Positions 1 through 7,890 of a stretch of 34,871 nucleotides of DNA are shown here, in pieces. Below the pieces are notes generated by a model, which saw only the letters and a list, made by a program, of their open reading frames with translations, was not told the DNA's origin and did no database searches. Position 1 is the first letter of the stretch. Every line of letters starts with the position of its first letter. Position numbers and translations under genes: made by a program. This DNA is from a virus: the UHGV virus genome UHGV-0126185. One strand, given 5' to 3'.

Positions 1-10
1 AGGAGGGTAT

Positions 11-256
11 ATGCAATCACCGTTACGAATCTTGCGTAAATCGCAAGGTATGACTCTTTCCTATGTAGCAAAAGGGGTTGATATCGACCCGGGAAATCTA
101 AGTCGGATAGAGCGAGGGCAGCAAATTGCTTCCCTAGATATTGCTGAACGTCTAGTCCGTTTCTTCTCGGGAAAAATCAATGAGCTAGAAATCCTTTATC
201 CACATCGCTATTCGAACTGTACAGGCGTTAGTACAGACATAAAACCACAGGAATAA
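11..256 (+). CDS. Cro-like HTH transcriptional regulator (XRE family)
   Basis: 81-aa ORF; strong RBS aggagg at 1-6 before the ATG at 11; helix-turn-helix signature (MTLSYVAKGVDIDPGNLSRIERGQ); first gene of a rightward early operon, followed by a CII-position gene and a replication gene. Confidence 0.6.
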   Translation: MQSPLRILRKSQGMTLSYVAKGVDIDPGNLSRIERGQQIASLDIAERLVRFFSGKINELEILYPHRYSNCTGVSTDIKPQE

Positions 257-266
257 GGGGTTAACC

Positions 267-818
267 GTGGGTAACGAACCTATTTGGAAAGTTGAACGTC
301 AGCCAGCCTGGCTGGTGGTCGCGATTAAAAAGACGATTACCGATCTGCCTGGTGGCTACGCCGAAGCTGCGGAATGGTTGGGCGTGACAGAGAACGCATT
401 GTTTAACCGCCTTCGTGTGGATGGGGATCAGATCTTCCCTATGGGATGGGCGATGGTGCTACAGAAAGCCGCCGGTGTTAGCTACATAGCAGATGCGTTT
501 TCTCGTCAAACAGATAACGGGATTCATATCCCTGGCGCAGAACCAGAAACAGAGAACGAAGAAATTGGCTTAAAGCTGGCTGAGCTGGTGGGCAGGCTTG
601 GGGATCTGGTCAACGCATACCGTCGATACATCGATGATGGTGTAGTTGATAAAGGGGAGTGGGACAGTCTGAATGAAATCGCCTACCAGTTCCGGGTAAC
701 GCTTATGACGTTTCTGAACCTGATTTCACGAGTTTATTGCCTTCCAGAAAAGAGTGACGCCCGCGAGTGTGCAGCTCCGGGCGCCTTGGCGAACAACTCT
801 TCGAGTATGGAGAAATAA
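267..818 (+). CDS. phage early regulatory protein at the CII position (CII/CP76-like or YdaT-like, family uncertain)
   Basis: 183-aa ORF 10 nt after the Cro-like gene, same strand; assignment rests mainly on synteny (cro, cII, replication); no motif I can name with certainty. Confidence 0.4.
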   Translation: MGNEPIWKVERQPAWLVVAIKKTITDLPGGYAEAAEWLGVTENALFNRLRVDGDQIFPMGWAMVLQKAAGVSYIADAFSRQTDNGIHIPGAEPETENEEIGLKLAELVGRLGDLVNAYRRYIDDGVVDKGEWDSLNEIAYQFRVTLMTFLNLISRVYCLPEKSDARECAAPGALANNSSSMEK

Positions 819-990
819 TCCGCATGAGCAGTGTAACGGCTTTTAACCGTCTACCGCAACTCAGGATGATCCCGGTTTCGGGTACTCCGTTGTTTCGGTA
901 TGAACGCAGATTATCAAACCGCTGGGTTCCGTGTAACCACAGTAGGGCGGTTTCAATTGTGGGGGTCTACAACCGGAGGGCAAAACGCCT

Positions 991-1170
991 GTGCGCGAAC
1001 TTAACCGAAGGTTCAAAGACCACCGTGGAGTGCCAGTCCGTGTTATCCGCTGGGAGCCAGAAACACAGCGCGTTATCTATCTGCGTGATGGCTACCCGCA
1101 CGAATGCTTCAGCCCACTTGAGCATTTCAGGCAAAAATTCAGGGAGATAACGGACGATCATGAGCACTAA
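991..1170 (+). CDS. possible small protein with GTG start (hypothetical, about 59 aa)
   Basis: Frame absent from the ORF track (no ATG), but it translates to a protein-like sequence (...GVPVRVIRWEPETQRVIYLRDGYPHECFSPLEHFRQKFREITDDHEH); ggaggg at 975-980 lies 10 nt before the GTG at 991; the 3' end overlaps the replication gene start by 11 nt. Confidence 0.25.
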   Translation: MRELNRRFKDHRGVPVRVIRWEPETQRVIYLRDGYPHECFSPLEHFRQKFREITDDHEH

Positions 1171-2026
1171 ATTAACCGGCTACGTATGGGATGGTTGCGC
1201 GGCGTCGGGCATGAAGTTGTCTAGTGTCGCGATCATGGCTCGACTCGCTGATTTCAGCAGTGATGAGGGCGTATGCTGGCCGTCAATTGAAACTATTGCT
1301 CGCCAGCTTGGCGCAGGCCCGAGCACTATCAGAACGGCAATCGCAAAGCTTGAAAAAGATGGCTGGCTCACGCGTACACAGCGCCGTAATGGTAACCGTA
1401 ATGCTTCGAACGTATACCGCCTGAATGTGGCGAAACTTCAGGCTGCCGCATTTTCTCAACTGTCAGATTCTGACACGTCAAAATCTGACGCATCAAATTT
1501 TGACGCCTCAAAAACTGACCCGTCGAAATCCGTCAAAAACGGCGGTTTTGACCCGTCAGAATCTGGCGGGGATCCGTCAGTAAAATCAAAACAAGATCCA
1601 CAAGTAACTTCAAAACCCTCTTGTCCGGTTGCGGCGCAACCCGACCCTGAGATTGTGATTACTGATCAGGCAAGACAGGTTTTGTCTTACCTGAACCAGA
1701 CAACTGGTTCACGCTATCAGGTATGCAGCACGTCGCTGGAGAATATTCGTGCCCGTCTGCGGGAACGGTTCACTGTTGATGATCTGTGCCTTGTGGTGGA
1801 TTACAAAAACGCTGATTGGCGTGATAGCGAGCAGGCTCAATATCTCCGTCCGGCAACTCTGTTTATTCCAAAAAACTTCCCTGGTTACCTGCAAAGCGCG
1901 ACCAAATGGTCTGCCGCTGGGCGACCTGAGCGCGTTAACGGTAAATGGACGGCTAACTCAGCCAGCCGCGCAAGCTTCCAAAATGTTGACTACTCACTTC
2001 CAGAAAATTCGGGGTTCCGCTCATGA
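1160..2026 (+). CDS. phage replication initiation protein (N-terminal HTH, conserved phage C-terminal domain)
   Basis: 288 aa; N-terminal winged-helix/HTH-like region (SIETIARQLGAGPSTIRTAIAKLEKDGWLTR), a low-complexity S/D/K linker encoded by iteron repeats, and a C-terminal domain typical of phage replication proteins; sits at the lambda O position. Confidence 0.7.
   Translation: MSTKLTGYVWDGCAASGMKLSSVAIMARLADFSSDEGVCWPSIETIARQLGAGPSTIRTAIAKLEKDGWLTRTQRRNGNRNASNVYRLNVAKLQAAAFSQLSDSDTSKSDASNFDASKTDPSKSVKNGGFDPSESGGDPSVKSKQDPQVTSKPSCPVAAQPDPEIVITDQARQVLSYLNQTTGSRYQVCSTSLENIRARLRERFTVDDLCLVVDYKNADWRDSEQAQYLRPATLFIPKNFPGYLQSATKWSAAGRPERVNGKWTANSASRASFQNVDYSLPENSGFRS
1471..1586. repeat. iteron-like direct repeats (candidate replication origin) inside the replication gene
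   Basis: About seven degenerate ~15-bp repeats of the form TGAC(G/C)CNTCAAAANC at roughly 15-bp spacing (starts near 1471, 1486, 1501, 1515, 1530, 1549, 1570), followed by an A-rich stretch; mirrors the lambda arrangement where ori iterons lie inside O. Confidence 0.55.
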
Positions 2027-3342
2027 TGCCAAATAAATATTGCCAGGCGCTGGCAGAACTGCGCAGTAAACCAGCTCACGAATTGAAAGAAGTTGGCGAT
2101 CAGTGGCGAACACCGGATCTGCTGTTTTGGGGGATCAACGCACTATTTGGTCCATTAGTTCTGGACTTGTTTGCTGACGACGACAACGCGAAATGCCCGG
2201 CATGGTACACCGCCGAAGATAACGCGCTGACGCAGGACTGGTCTGAACGTCTTACAGAACTGGGTGGCGCTGGTTATGGCAACCCACAGTATAGCCGTTC
2301 GCAGTATCACGAGAAACAGGCGATCACTGGTATGACGCACATCATGAAGTACGCAGCAGCCCAGCGCGAGAAGGGCGGTCGCTATGTATTCCTGATAAAA
2401 GCCGCGCCGAGTGAAACGTGGTGGCCGGAAGATGCCGATCACATTGTATTCATTCGCGGGCGCATTGGGTTCGATCTGCCTGTGTGGTTTATACCGGCTG
2501 ACGAAAAACAGAAGCCCACCAGCGCGTTTTTTGCCGGTGCCATAGCTGTATTCGATAAGTCATGGCGTGGCGAGCGGTTCAGCTATATCAACCGCACAGA
2601 ACTGGAGGCAAAAGGGCGGGCGTTTATGGCTTTGCCACAATTTGCTGCCAGCAAGTCTCAACCTGTAACTGCCAGACCTCCTGCAGCTGATAAGCCAGAA
2701 GCAGAGTTGCCACTCACCCAGAAAGATATTTTTGCTATCAGCGGTGTCGAGGCGTGGGCATGCGTTAGAGCTGCGTTTGGCGATAAAGAAGAATACACAT
2801 TCAGTGAATCGAAGTTTGGGCATACCTGGGCGGCGGATTCTGTCGAAGCACCGGAATTCACTCAGGTATCACCTTTAACGATCGACAAAGCGAAGCTGCT
2901 TATTCGTGAGAGTATTTTGTTCGGTGTGGATGAGTGGCTGTTGTCGATTGAATTCGATGACGCTGCTGTGCGCCTGGATATGTCGGAACGTATTCGCACT
3001 GTTGCCCTTGAAGCATCCGGTGAATATGGCATGAACAGCACTGACTTCATTGCAGCCATGGGAAGCCTGGATGTTTCCAGTTGGTCCAATATTCGCCAGA
3101 TCCGCATGCACATTCGTGAGAAAGCTAAACCAGTATCGGATCCGCTTCCCGAGTCCCGTATCTGGCCGCTGGAGGTTAGAATTGTATTCGACCAGGTGGA
3201 TGGTGCTGACATGCTGGATGAGTCACTGCAACACAAGCTGAAAGCCAATATCAATCAACTCTGGCTGGAGCGGACTGCCACCAGCGAAATCATTACTGCT
3301 GCTTCTGAACTTGTTCGCAATATGCGGGGAGAGGCCGCGTGA
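2023..3342 (+). CDS. phage Dam-like N6-adenine DNA methyltransferase domain fused to an unknown C-terminal domain
   Basis: 439 aa; the N-terminal ~200 aa resemble the phage Dam family from memory (WRTPDLLF..., TAEDNALTQDW); the C-terminal ~240 aa are unrecognised; ATGA start overlap with the upstream replication gene; occupies the lambda P (helicase loader) position. Confidence 0.5.
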   Translation: MMPNKYCQALAELRSKPAHELKEVGDQWRTPDLLFWGINALFGPLVLDLFADDDNAKCPAWYTAEDNALTQDWSERLTELGGAGYGNPQYSRSQYHEKQAITGMTHIMKYAAAQREKGGRYVFLIKAAPSETWWPEDADHIVFIRGRIGFDLPVWFIPADEKQKPTSAFFAGAIAVFDKSWRGERFSYINRTELEAKGRAFMALPQFAASKSQPVTARPPAADKPEAELPLTQKDIFAISGVEAWACVRAAFGDKEEYTFSESKFGHTWAADSVEAPEFTQVSPLTIDKAKLLIRESILFGVDEWLLSIEFDDAAVRLDMSERIRTVALEASGEYGMNSTDFIAAMGSLDVSSWSNIRQIRMHIREKAKPVSDPLPESRIWPLEVRIVFDQVDGADMLDESLQHKLKANINQLWLERTATSEIITAASELVRNMRGEAA

Positions 3343-3737
3343 AACTGGTCCTGCCTTTTCCTCCGAGCGTGAACACTTACTGGCGCGCCCCTAACAAGGG
3401 GCCGCTGGCCGGTCGTCACCTCATTAGCGCTGATGGCCGTAAATACCAGAGCGCTGCCTGCGTGGCGATCATTGAGCAATTACGACGTCTCCCGAAGCCA
3501 TCGACTGAACTGGCAGCGGTAGAAATCACGCTGTACCCGCCGGATGCTCGCCGCCGGGATATCGATAATTACAACAAAGCCCTGTTTGACGCGCTGACGC
3601 ATGCGGGTGTCTGGGAAGACGACAGCCAGATTAAGCGCATGCTGGTGGAATGGGGACCGATAGTACCGAAGGGAAAAGTTGAGATAACCATAACGGCATA
3701 TAAAAAAGAGGTGGTTATATGTCCAGCTGTGGGTTGA
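3339..3737 (+). CDS. rusA: RusA-family Holliday junction resolvase
   Basis: 132 aa; N-terminus MKLVLPFPPSVNTYW and the acidic RRRDIDNYNKALFDAL motif are characteristic of RusA; start overlaps the upstream stop; nin-region position. Confidence 0.85.
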   Translation: MKLVLPFPPSVNTYWRAPNKGPLAGRHLISADGRKYQSAACVAIIEQLRRLPKPSTELAAVEITLYPPDARRRDIDNYNKALFDALTHAGVWEDDSQIKRMLVEWGPIVPKGKVEITITAYKKEVVICPAVG

Positions 3738-3823
3738 ATATTGGTCGTTATGGCAGTAATGTCGGAAAGTGCAAGCGAAAAGGGCGTGCAGGCCCTTCGC
3801 AACAATCAGAGTATGGAGAGAAT

Positions 3824-4195
3824 ATGAGCAATCATCATGTTATGGGCACTGCTACGCCCAAAAAAGACTCTTATCTTGTTGTTGATGGATGTTTAATCAA
3901 CTCATTCGAACCAAATCTTTATAGTCTCAATGATATTCATAAGGCTTCAGGTGGGTCTGCGTCCAAAAAACCTGCGTTTTATCTCAGGACGCTAACTGCA
4001 AAAAGAATTCTAAATGCTCTCCCTGGTGAACGTTGGGAAAAGTTGCATGTTATTCGCGGTGGAGTCTTACAGGGTACTTTCGCCTCTCAGGAGTTGGTTT
4101 TTGCCTATGCCCTCTGGTTGAGCCCTGACTTTTATGTTCGCGTTCTGAGCAATCTCCCTTTTATCAGTGATCTGCGCAACGGGGAGGCAAAATGA
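3824..4195 (+). CDS. KilA-N domain protein
   Basis: ORF track starts at 3719, but the ATG at 3824 has a ggagag RBS; KilA-N-like features (NLYSLNDIHKASGG...KKPAFYLRT...ELVFAYALWLSPDF). Confidence 0.6.
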   Translation: MSNHHVMGTATPKKDSYLVVDGCLINSFEPNLYSLNDIHKASGGSASKKPAFYLRTLTAKRILNALPGERWEKLHVIRGGVLQGTFASQELVFAYALWLSPDFYVRVLSNLPFISDLRNGEAK

Positions 4196-5013
4196 GTCAG
4201 CTACATCAGATCATCCCGATCACTCAGGGCAATATTGGCAACCACATAACCCCGATGGTCAGCGCTAAAAGGTTACATGCCTTTCTCGGCGTTGGGCGTG
4301 ATTTCACCAACTGGATTAAAGGGCGTATCAGTCAGTATGGTTTTGCTGAAAATACTGATTATGTGGTTTACGCCAATTCTGGCGAGAACCCCCTCGGTGG
4401 ACGCCCAACCGTTGATTACCTGATCACCATTGATATGGGTAAAGAACTGGCGATGGTGGAGAGAAACGAGAAGGGTCGTCAGGTTCGTCGTTATTTCATC
4501 ACATGCGAACAACAAGCGAAAATGCGAGTTGGTACACCATCATTACCAAATTTCTCTGATCCGGCACAGGCTGCGAGAGCATGGGCTGATGAATTTGAAG
4601 CCAGGCAGCGCGCGGAAACAGTTACCCACCAGCAGGCCGAATATATCGAGCATCTCGAGAGTCTCTTCACTGACGGGCTTTCCCCTGTACAGTTCTGTAA
4701 GCGTTTGAATGGTGTGAATACCTCCAAGATCAGTGCCTGGCTTGTCTCTGCTAACTGGCTGTACGACGACAATCCCGAAGGCCGCAGTGCACAGTGGCGT
4801 GTTCGTTCGTATGCCCGCGACAAATACCTCACCGAGAAAAGCAGTAAAGTATCGCCAAACTCTGCGGTGAGCTTTACTACCTACCAGCCCGTCCTGCTGC
4901 GTGAAGGCGCTGTCTGGCTGTACAAAAACTACCTGAAGGGGAAGCTTCCGATGAAGGTCACCTGGAACGGTAGTTTTACCCACGATAAAGATTTAGCAGG
5001 GGGTCTCCAGTGA
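4192..5013 (+). CDS. phage antirepressor (AntA-like N-terminal domain, KilA-C-like C-terminal domain)
   Basis: 273 aa; N-terminal region resembles the AntA antirepressor domain (LHAFLGVGRDFTNWIKGRI...FAENTDY), C-terminal region KilAC-like; ATGA overlap with the upstream gene. Confidence 0.65.
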   Translation: MSQLHQIIPITQGNIGNHITPMVSAKRLHAFLGVGRDFTNWIKGRISQYGFAENTDYVVYANSGENPLGGRPTVDYLITIDMGKELAMVERNEKGRQVRRYFITCEQQAKMRVGTPSLPNFSDPAQAARAWADEFEARQRAETVTHQQAEYIEHLESLFTDGLSPVQFCKRLNGVNTSKISAWLVSANWLYDDNPEGRSAQWRVRSYARDKYLTEKSSKVSPNSAVSFTTYQPVLLREGAVWLYKNYLKGKLPMKVTWNGSFTHDKDLAGGLQ

Positions 5014-5531
5014 GAGTGACCCCTCCGCACTTTCAGCCTGTATTGTCCAGGGTTAAACGGTTTGTTGAAAAACAACCTGATGGGGCAACGCTCACCCATC
5101 TGACGCACAAAGTATCAGCATATAGCTCGTTGAGCCGGAAGGATAAAGAAAACCTGATCGATATCATCCGCGAAAACAGCCTGCTCTGCATTACTGATGA
5201 CGGCAGGACAACAACCCTGCATCACCCTAAGTTTGGTCATAAATCCGTGGCGCCGGTTATTGCGTCGTCGAAGACATTGAAGGAAGCCACTATGAATAAG
5301 CCAACCGTGACCCCTGAAGAATTACGCAAGCAGGCTGAAGCCCTCATTCGTGCCGCTGAAGAAGCTGAAAAAAAGGCAGGTGACCGCGCTGAAATAAAAA
5401 AGCAACTCGATCCTCTGAAGCTTGAAATCCTCCAGGCTTATGGAATGGCAAGCCGTAAGTTTGATGAGTTTGTGGATGCTATGGCGGACATGGGGAAGGC
5501 CGTACAGAAATTTAAAGATCTGACGGTATAA
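5010..5531 (+). CDS. hypothetical protein
   Basis: 173-aa ORF with GTG start overlapping the upstream stop (GTGA); C-terminal half is helical and charged; no recognisable motif. Confidence 0.4.
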   Translation: MRVTPPHFQPVLSRVKRFVEKQPDGATLTHLTHKVSAYSSLSRKDKENLIDIIRENSLLCITDDGRTTTLHHPKFGHKSVAPVIASSKTLKEATMNKPTVTPEELRKQAEALIRAAEEAEKKAGDRAEIKKQLDPLKLEILQAYGMASRKFDEFVDAMADMGKAVQKFKDLTV

Positions 5532-5541
5532 GGGGTGGGCA

Positions 5542-6597
5542 TTGAGAGCCTTACTTACCCCTGAAATGGTGCCACGCCTTGGCGTGGTGCTGTTCAAGCC
5601 AGGACGGGAGTTAATGCCCCTGTTTGCATCAGGTCGCGTGCTGGTTGAACGGGAGCCAGAAAACATGGCCCGGCTTCCGTCTGGTCGGATCCCCGATGCA
5701 CAGCAACCGCTACTGGATGATGCCAGCCTTCACACTTTCTTTACCGATGAACGGGTCATTACTGCTGCTGGTGGTATGTCCGGGCTTGAGTACTGGCTTC
5801 GTCAGCGCGTTAAAAAGTGCCAGTACCCTGTTTCTGACTACCATCATGCCGAGCTCACAACACTATGGCATCCGCCTGGCGCGCTGGTGGTGTGCTGGCA
5901 TTGCGATAACAAATTGCGTGGGCAGACTACGGAGAGGCTGCAGGCGCTTGCCCTGAGCAATGTTGCCGAGTGGGTTATTGATACCGTACTGGTTGGGCTT
6001 GGCTACAACAAAGAGCGCTCCCTCTCTTTAGCCGAGCTTTGCTGGTGGGCTGTTCAGTCAGGTGTCGCTGATGCCGTCACTGAAGGAATGGCGCAACGGG
6101 CACTACGGTTGCCAGACGAACCATTATTATCTGTTTACCGGGAAAGTGACATCGTACCTATGCCGCCGGCCACCAGCATTATGCAGGAAAAAGTCAGGCC
6201 GATTGAAACGTTACCAGCTCGGCGGTCAGACAGCCTGGATGTGGAAACCCAAAAGCCAATACTGACGTTAACCGTCGATCCGGAGTCTCCGGAGTCTTTC
6301 ATGCTCAGGCCAAAACGTCGCCGCTGGGTAAATGATACGTACACCCGCTGGGTTAAAACACAACCGTGTGAGTGTTGCCGACGGCCAGCAGATGATCCGC
6401 ACCATATCGTAGGGCACGGTATGGGTGGTACAGCAACAAAAGCCCATGACCTCTTCGTGATCCCTCTGTGCAGAGAGTGCCACGATGAGCTGCACGCCGA
6501 TGTACCGGCATTCGAGCAGAAGCATGGTACGCAGCTTGAGCTGCTACTGCGTTTTATGGATCGGGCGCTGGCGATCGGCGTAATTGCGAAAGCTTAA
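5542..6597 (+). CDS. DUF968-like nin-region protein with HNH-like Cys/His C-terminus (YdfU-like)
   Basis: 351 aa; C-terminus carries paired Cys and His motifs (CECCRR...DPHHIVGHGMGG...PLCRECHDELHA); sits between the antirepressor genes and Q, as DUF968 proteins do in lambdoid prophages. Confidence 0.6.
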   Translation: MRALLTPEMVPRLGVVLFKPGRELMPLFASGRVLVEREPENMARLPSGRIPDAQQPLLDDASLHTFFTDERVITAAGGMSGLEYWLRQRVKKCQYPVSDYHHAELTTLWHPPGALVVCWHCDNKLRGQTTERLQALALSNVAEWVIDTVLVGLGYNKERSLSLAELCWWAVQSGVADAVTEGMAQRALRLPDEPLLSVYRESDIVPMPPATSIMQEKVRPIETLPARRSDSLDVETQKPILTLTVDPESPESFMLRPKRRRWVNDTYTRWVKTQPCECCRRPADDPHHIVGHGMGGTATKAHDLFVIPLCRECHDELHADVPAFEQKHGTQLELLLRFMDRALAIGVIAKA

Positions 6598-6618
6598 GTG
6601 TATGGAGCGCAAAGAAGC

Positions 6619-7308
6619 ATGAATCAACAAGACCTGAATTTTGTAAGAATAGAATTGCGCCGCGCGCTACCTGACCTCTCTGGGGGAACAAAAGGGCAGC
6701 TTGAGGCTTTCAGTGAACACCCACCAGCAGACAAAAATGCCACCCCGCGCCGTGGAATTCATCTCGTCGAACTCGAAGGAGAGAAGGGGCCACGCTTTGT
6801 TAACTTGCTTTCCGCGCCACTGTATGTGCTGGAAACACGCAGCCGCCGCAGGCCAATGCCGCCGATAAAAGATGCGGAATTTGAGTCCGCGCCGTGGCGT
6901 AGGGCAGTGTCCGCGCTTAGTGGATACCAGCAGGCCTGGTTGCGGTACTGCTACGGTTTTGACCTTAGCTATAAGCACCAGGTGATGATGTGTGAATACG
7001 TCTGGAAAACTTATCAGAAATGCCTGGGTGATAATTCCCTTCAGGAGCGCGTAGTAAAGAAACTGATTGGCCTGGTATGGCTGGCAGGGCAGGAAATTGC
7101 CGCAACCAGAAATAATGAAACCTATAAAGACTATGCTGGTGCAGCGTTGGCCCGCATGGTTAGCGTTGACCGTTCGACATGGTTGCGTGTCTATTCAGGG
7201 CACTGGGCTGGGTTAAAGGCCGCTTTTACCCAGCTTGATGAATCTGCGTTGGCAATGGCTCTTGAATACTATGAGGAAGAAGAAGCCCTCAAAGTGGCAG
7301 AAATGTGA
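6619..7308 (+). CDS. late-gene antitermination protein Q
   Basis: 229 aa from the ATG at 6619 (an in-frame GTG at 6598 is the alternative start); Q-like Cys/basic content; immediately followed by a promoter-like element and an intrinsic terminator, then the late/lysis genes. Confidence 0.65.
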   Translation: MNQQDLNFVRIELRRALPDLSGGTKGQLEAFSEHPPADKNATPRRGIHLVELEGEKGPRFVNLLSAPLYVLETRSRRRPMPPIKDAEFESAPWRRAVSALSGYQQAWLRYCYGFDLSYKHQVMMCEYVWKTYQKCLGDNSLQERVVKKLIGLVWLAGQEIAATRNNETYKDYAGAALARMVSVDRSTWLRVYSGHWAGLKAAFTQLDESALAMALEYYEEEEALKVAEM

Positions 7309-7338
7309 AGTAAATTTCACTATCTCCTTCAAACGCGC

Positions 7339-7395
7339 TTGCAAAATGCAACAAAATAAGCCATATTTGAAGCATATTTGATATGTTGCCAAAGT
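7339..7395 (+). promoter_or_regulatory. candidate late promoter (pR'-like) and Q-utilisation region
   Basis: TTGCAA (7339-7344), 17-bp spacer, CATATT (7362-7367); a second possible extended -10 TGaTATGTT at 7379-7387; lies between the Q stop and the terminator at 7404. Exact elements uncertain. Confidence 0.35.
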
Positions 7396-7403
7396 TTTAT
7401 AAA

Positions 7404-7427
7404 CCCGCCAATGAGCGGGTTTTTTTA
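7404..7427 (+). terminator. intrinsic terminator (tR'-like) downstream of Q
   Basis: Hairpin cccgc-caatga-gcggg followed by a T7 run. Confidence 0.6.
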
Positions 7428-7548
7428 TGGCAATTTAGCCATGCGCGGCGCATAAAGGCGCTGGTGGTCGCAGAATGGAATTCTTCTCTTGCTGGTGTCG
7501 CCAACCAGAGTTATCTGTATGTCACGCAAATAATTTTAGGTAAAAGAC

Positions 7549-7740
7549 ATGCTAAATCAGGAAGATATGACAGAAACCGCGAAGGCTGTTTTCAATGAGT
7601 TAAGCGATAAACCAGCAACGGCTGGGGAGATTGCACAGAATACCCACCTTAGCCGAGAACGTTGCCAGCTCATACTCACACAGCTGGTGATGGCGGGTTT
7701 ATCTGATTACCAGTTTGGATGTTATAAACGCCTCCAGTAA
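7549..7740 (+). CDS. small hypothetical protein, possible winged-helix DNA-binding protein
   Basis: 63-aa ORF (alternative ATG at 7567 with aggaag RBS); the segment ATAGEIAQNTHLSRERCQLILTQLVMAGL looks like an HTH recognition helix; first ORF after the late terminator. Confidence 0.4.
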   Translation: MLNQEDMTETAKAVFNELSDKPATAGEIAQNTHLSRERCQLILTQLVMAGLSDYQFGCYKRLQ

Positions 7741-7890
7741 TGGGGGCATTCTGCTGTGGAAATGGGCGGCTGGTGGGTGTTAGCGCACCCGGCCAGCCAT
7801 CAGCTCATGCTTTCAGGTCACAAGCTAACCAAGGCCCACTGCTTTAGCGCAAAAGCAACGTGAGCCTATCAGAGTTACGCTTACTGATCT

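Noticed and set aside
767-1150. 127-aa + strand ORF between the CII-position gene and the replication gene
   Set aside because: Ser/Arg/Cys-rich, low-complexity translation with no RBS; overlaps a more protein-like alternative frame (991..1170). Likely spurious.
7741-7890. Possible tRNA or structured RNA between the small late ORF and the methyltransferase
   Set aside because: I looked for a tRNA because lambdoid phages often carry tRNAs after Q, but there is no T-loop (GTTCGA/GTTCAA) motif or acceptor-stem pairing; only an imperfect hairpin at 7769-7797.
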